Below, in pieces: positions 61,583 to 64,000 of a stretch of 64,000 nucleotides of DNA. The position numbers and the translations under genes are program-made. The notes below the pieces were generated by a model. That model had not been told where the DNA came from. It did not search any database and worked only from the letters and a program-made list of their open reading frames with translations. Position 1 is the first letter of the stretch. Every line of letters begins with the position of its first letter. The stretch is taken from assembly GCA_030765185.1 (NCBI GenBank), contig JAVCDE010000003.1:64038-128037 (forward strand), written 5' to 3'. The DNA comes from Candidatus Aceula meridiana. Its GTDB lineage: Bacteria; Omnitrophota; Gorgyraeia; Zapsychrales; Aceulaceae.

Positions 61583-62419
61583 ATGAGCGAAGAACAAGAA
61601 AAGCAAAAAGAACAAGAAGAATCTCAGCAACCTGAGCAACGATCTCAAGAGCAGGTGGTACAGCCTGAAGCACAGACTGCACAGGTTCCAAATGCACAGA
61701 TTCCAGATGCTGGCAAAATAGAGGAAAGCCAAGCGGCTGCCCCTTCTGCTGAAGCAAAGGTTGATCCAAAAGATTCTGCGCAGGAAACTCCCGCAGCTCC
61801 AGCAGCTCCTAGCTATAAGAAAAAGCGACGCCCGAACAAACCGTCTTTTCCTCGCAAGAGAGAAGATGATTCTGGTTTTATTGAAAAAGTTATTTCGATT
61901 AACCGCATTACAAAGGTTACTAAGGGGGGTAAAAAACTTTCTTTTAGCGCTCTTGTTGTCGTAGGAGACGGAAAGGGCAATGTTGGTTATTGTCTAGATA
62001 AGGCTCCTGAGGTTGCAACAGCGATTCAGAAATCTTTACGTATCGCCAAAAAGAATATGTTTAAAGTTATTGTCCGCAAAGGAACGATTTCTCATGAAAT
62101 TATCGGCCGATGCGGAGGCGCAACTGTTTTGTTGAAACCTGCTTCAGAGGGAACAGGTGTCATTGCGGCAGGGCCGGTTCGCGCAATATGCGATGCATCA
62201 GGAATTCGTAACATTTTGACAAAATGCCATCGTTCAAACAATCCCATCAATGTTATCAAAGCTACGGTTGATGGCTTAAATCGTTTAAAACCTTTTAAAG
62301 ATCAAGACAAAGAAGAAGTAAAAGAAGCAGTGCCAGAAACAGCGCCAGAAGCAGCGCCAGAAGAAGCAACGCGAGAGGCAACAAAAGACATCGGGGAGAA
62401 TCCAAGTGCTACTGCATGA
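61583..62419 (+). CDS. rpsE: 30S ribosomal protein S5 with long low-complexity N- and C-terminal extensions
   Basis: 278 aa. The S5 core (FIEKVISINRITKVTKGGKKLSFSALVVVGDGKGNVGY...) is flanked by a ~95-aa Q/E/P/A-rich N-extension and a ~40-aa E/A/P-rich C-extension. No internal Met that could serve as an alternative start. Confidence 0.9.
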   Translation: MSEEQEKQKEQEESQQPEQRSQEQVVQPEAQTAQVPNAQIPDAGKIEESQAAAPSAEAKVDPKDSAQETPAAPAAPSYKKKRRPNKPSFPRKREDDSGFIEKVISINRITKVTKGGKKLSFSALVVVGDGKGNVGYCLDKAPEVATAIQKSLRIAKKNMFKVIVRKGTISHEIIGRCGGATVLLKPASEGTGVIAAGPVRAICDASGIRNILTKCHRSNNPINVIKATVDGLNRLKPFKDQDKEEVKEAVPETAPEAAPEEATREATKDIGENPSATA

Positions 62420-62855
62420 CATAAAGCGACCTAAGGGGGCGCGTAAAAAGAAAAGAATCATCGGACGCGGACAAGGTTCCGGACGAGGAAAAACATCCGG
62501 GCGAGGAATGAACGGACAAAAGTCTCGCGAAGGACGCGCGGTTATTCATGGGTCAGAAGGTGGACAGATGCCTTTGATTCGACGTTTGCCAAAATTTGGT
62601 TTTCGCCCTAGACATCGCACACTTTATCAGCTAGTTAATCTAGCTCAATTATCGAAACTCAAAGAAGGAAGCGATGTTAATTTAGAATTTTTAAAGAATC
62701 AGGGATTAATTAAGAGTATTTACAAACCTGTAAAAATTCTAGGCGTTGGCGAAATAAAGAAATCTTTAAGTGTTCATGTACATAGTTTTTCCAAAAGCGC
62801 TCAGGAAAAAATTATTAAGGCCGGCGGAAAAGCAGAAGTTATTCAGAAACAATAA
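62406..62855 (+). CDS. rplO: 50S ribosomal protein L15
   Basis: 149-aa Gly/Arg-rich L15 N-terminus. Follows rpsE directly, with no L30 gene between. Confidence 0.93.
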   Translation: MLLHDIKRPKGARKKKRIIGRGQGSGRGKTSGRGMNGQKSREGRAVIHGSEGGQMPLIRRLPKFGFRPRHRTLYQLVNLAQLSKLKEGSDVNLEFLKNQGLIKSIYKPVKILGVGEIKKSLSVHVHSFSKSAQEKIIKAGGKAEVIQKQ

Positions 62856-62867
62856 TCGAAAAAATTT

Positions 62868-64000
62868 ATGATAGCTGCATTTGCAAATTGTTTTAAAATT
62901 CCTGACTTAAAAAAGAAAATTCTTTTTACGTTAGGTATTATTGCTCTTTATCGTTTAGGATGCCATATTCCTACGCCAGGTGTTAACGGTGCGGTTTTGG
63001 CAGAATTCTTTCGACGTATTAATGAATCTTCAGGTGGCGGAACAATCTTTGGCATGATGAATATGTTTTCCGGTGGTGCGCTTCAGCGCATGACAGTTTT
63101 TTCTTTAGGGATTATGCCGTATATTTCAAGTTCGATTATTATGCAACTTTTGACGGCTGTTATTCCGGCGTTTGAGAAATTATCCAAAGAGGGGCAAGCC
63201 GGTCATCGCAAGATTAATCAGTACACACGCTACGGCACGTTGGGATTGGCAATAGTCCAGTCATATTTTATTGCTCTTTGGCTTGAAAGCCCTCAGGCTT
63301 TTCAGGGATTACAGGTTGTGAATAGCCCAGGCTGGGGTTTTCGCCTCACAACGGTTTGCACATTGGGATGCGGAACACTTTTGTTGATGTGGCTTGGTGA
63401 GCAGATTCAAGAAAGAGGGATAGGCCAGGGGATTTCTTTAATTATCGCAGCAGGTATTTTGTCACGAGCTCCGAATGCTATCCAAACGTTAATTGTCCTT
63501 TTATCGCCAAAAACAGCATCAATGAGGCAAATTCAACCGCTTACGCTAGTCATTATGGTGTTCTTTCTCATAGGAGTTATTCTTTCGATTACAATGATCA
63601 CACAAGGGCAGCGGCGGATTCCTGTCCAGTATGCCCGAAGAATCGTTGGGCGAAAAGTTTATGGCGGACAGAGTACATATATTCCTCTTAAAGTTGACAC
63701 GGCCGGAATTATTGCTATTATTTTTGCGCAGTCGATATTATTGTTTCCTGCGACTATTGCGAGTTTTATTCCAAATCCAGGGATACAAACTTTTGCAAAT
63801 TTCTTTATGCGTGGCCATGCCGCTTATTATATTTTGTACGGAATCCTTATTATCTTTTTCTGCTATTTTTATACGGCTATTGTATTTAATCCGGTTGACG
63901 TTGCAGAAAACATGAAAAAGCATGGTGGCTTTATTCCCGGCGTTAGACCTGGAGCTCCAACGGCAGACTTTTTAGATTTTGTTATGACGCGCATTACATT
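62868..64000 (+). CDS. secY: Preprotein translocase subunit SecY (3' partial, continues beyond window)
   Basis: MIAAFANCFKIPDLKKKILFTLGIIALYRLGCHIPTPGV... is the canonical SecY N-terminus. Frame stays open to the window end. Confidence 0.93.
   Translation, partial: MIAAFANCFKIPDLKKKILFTLGIIALYRLGCHIPTPGVNGAVLAEFFRRINESSGGGTIFGMMNMFSGGALQRMTVFSLGIMPYISSSIIMQLLTAVIPAFEKLSKEGQAGHRKINQYTRYGTLGLAIVQSYFIALWLESPQAFQGLQVVNSPGWGFRLTTVCTLGCGTLLLMWLGEQIQERGIGQGISLIIAAGILSRAPNAIQTLIVLLSPKTASMRQIQPLTLVIMVFFLIGVILSITMITQGQRRIPVQYARRIVGRKVYGGQSTYIPLKVDTAGIIAIIFAQSILLFPATIASFIPNPGIQTFANFFMRGHAAYYILYGILIIFFCYFYTAIVFNPVDVAENMKKHGGFIPGVRPGAPTADFLDFVMTRIT

Noticed and set aside
62330-62365. Short tandem nucleotide repeat (CAGCGCCAGAAG x2) and similar CCTGAG/CCTGAA iterations at the rpsA 3' end as possible microsatellite or contingency loci
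   Set aside because: They are in-frame codon-level repeats encoding low-complexity PEA-rich tails. They are too short and imperfect to call as repeat features.

Overview
A 64-kb AT-rich bacterial chromosomal segment that is almost entirely coding, and every supportable gene lies on the + strand. Overlapping or abutting genes are common. Contents in order:
- A housekeeping block: yggS, proC, MTA phosphorylase, ileS, a DksA/TraR zinc-finger protein, lspA, lgt, rluD.
- A membrane coiled-coil protein of unknown function, then aroA.
- The rod-shape operon mreB-mreC-mreD-mrdA-rodA.
- An approximately 11.7-kb type IV pilus locus. It holds a free-standing MshEN-type domain protein, two tandem PilB ATPases, pilC, a secreted coiled-coil protein, two pilin paralogs and pilMNOPQ.
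- A second housekeeping block: rng, rplU, obg, proB, proA, nadD, a phosphohexomutase, plsC, an orphan response regulator, rpsA, tyrS.
- The conserved ribosomal/RNAP super-cluster from tRNA-Thr to secY (3' partial): rpmG, tRNA-Trp, secE-nusG-rplKAJL-rpoBC-rpsLG-fusA-tuf and the S10-spc genes.

No CRISPR arrays, transposases, integrases or recognisable defence genes are visible. The most unusual material is in the pilus locus: a stand-alone candidate c-di-GMP-binding MshEN protein, duplicated PilB ATPases, and two pilin genes sharing a perfect 99-bp 5' repeat. Several ribosomal proteins also show lineage-specific peculiarities, and rpsL overlaps rpoC. Phylum cannot be assigned from sequence alone. 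The low-complexity extensions and compact gene packing suggest an uncultivated lineage, and this is inference.
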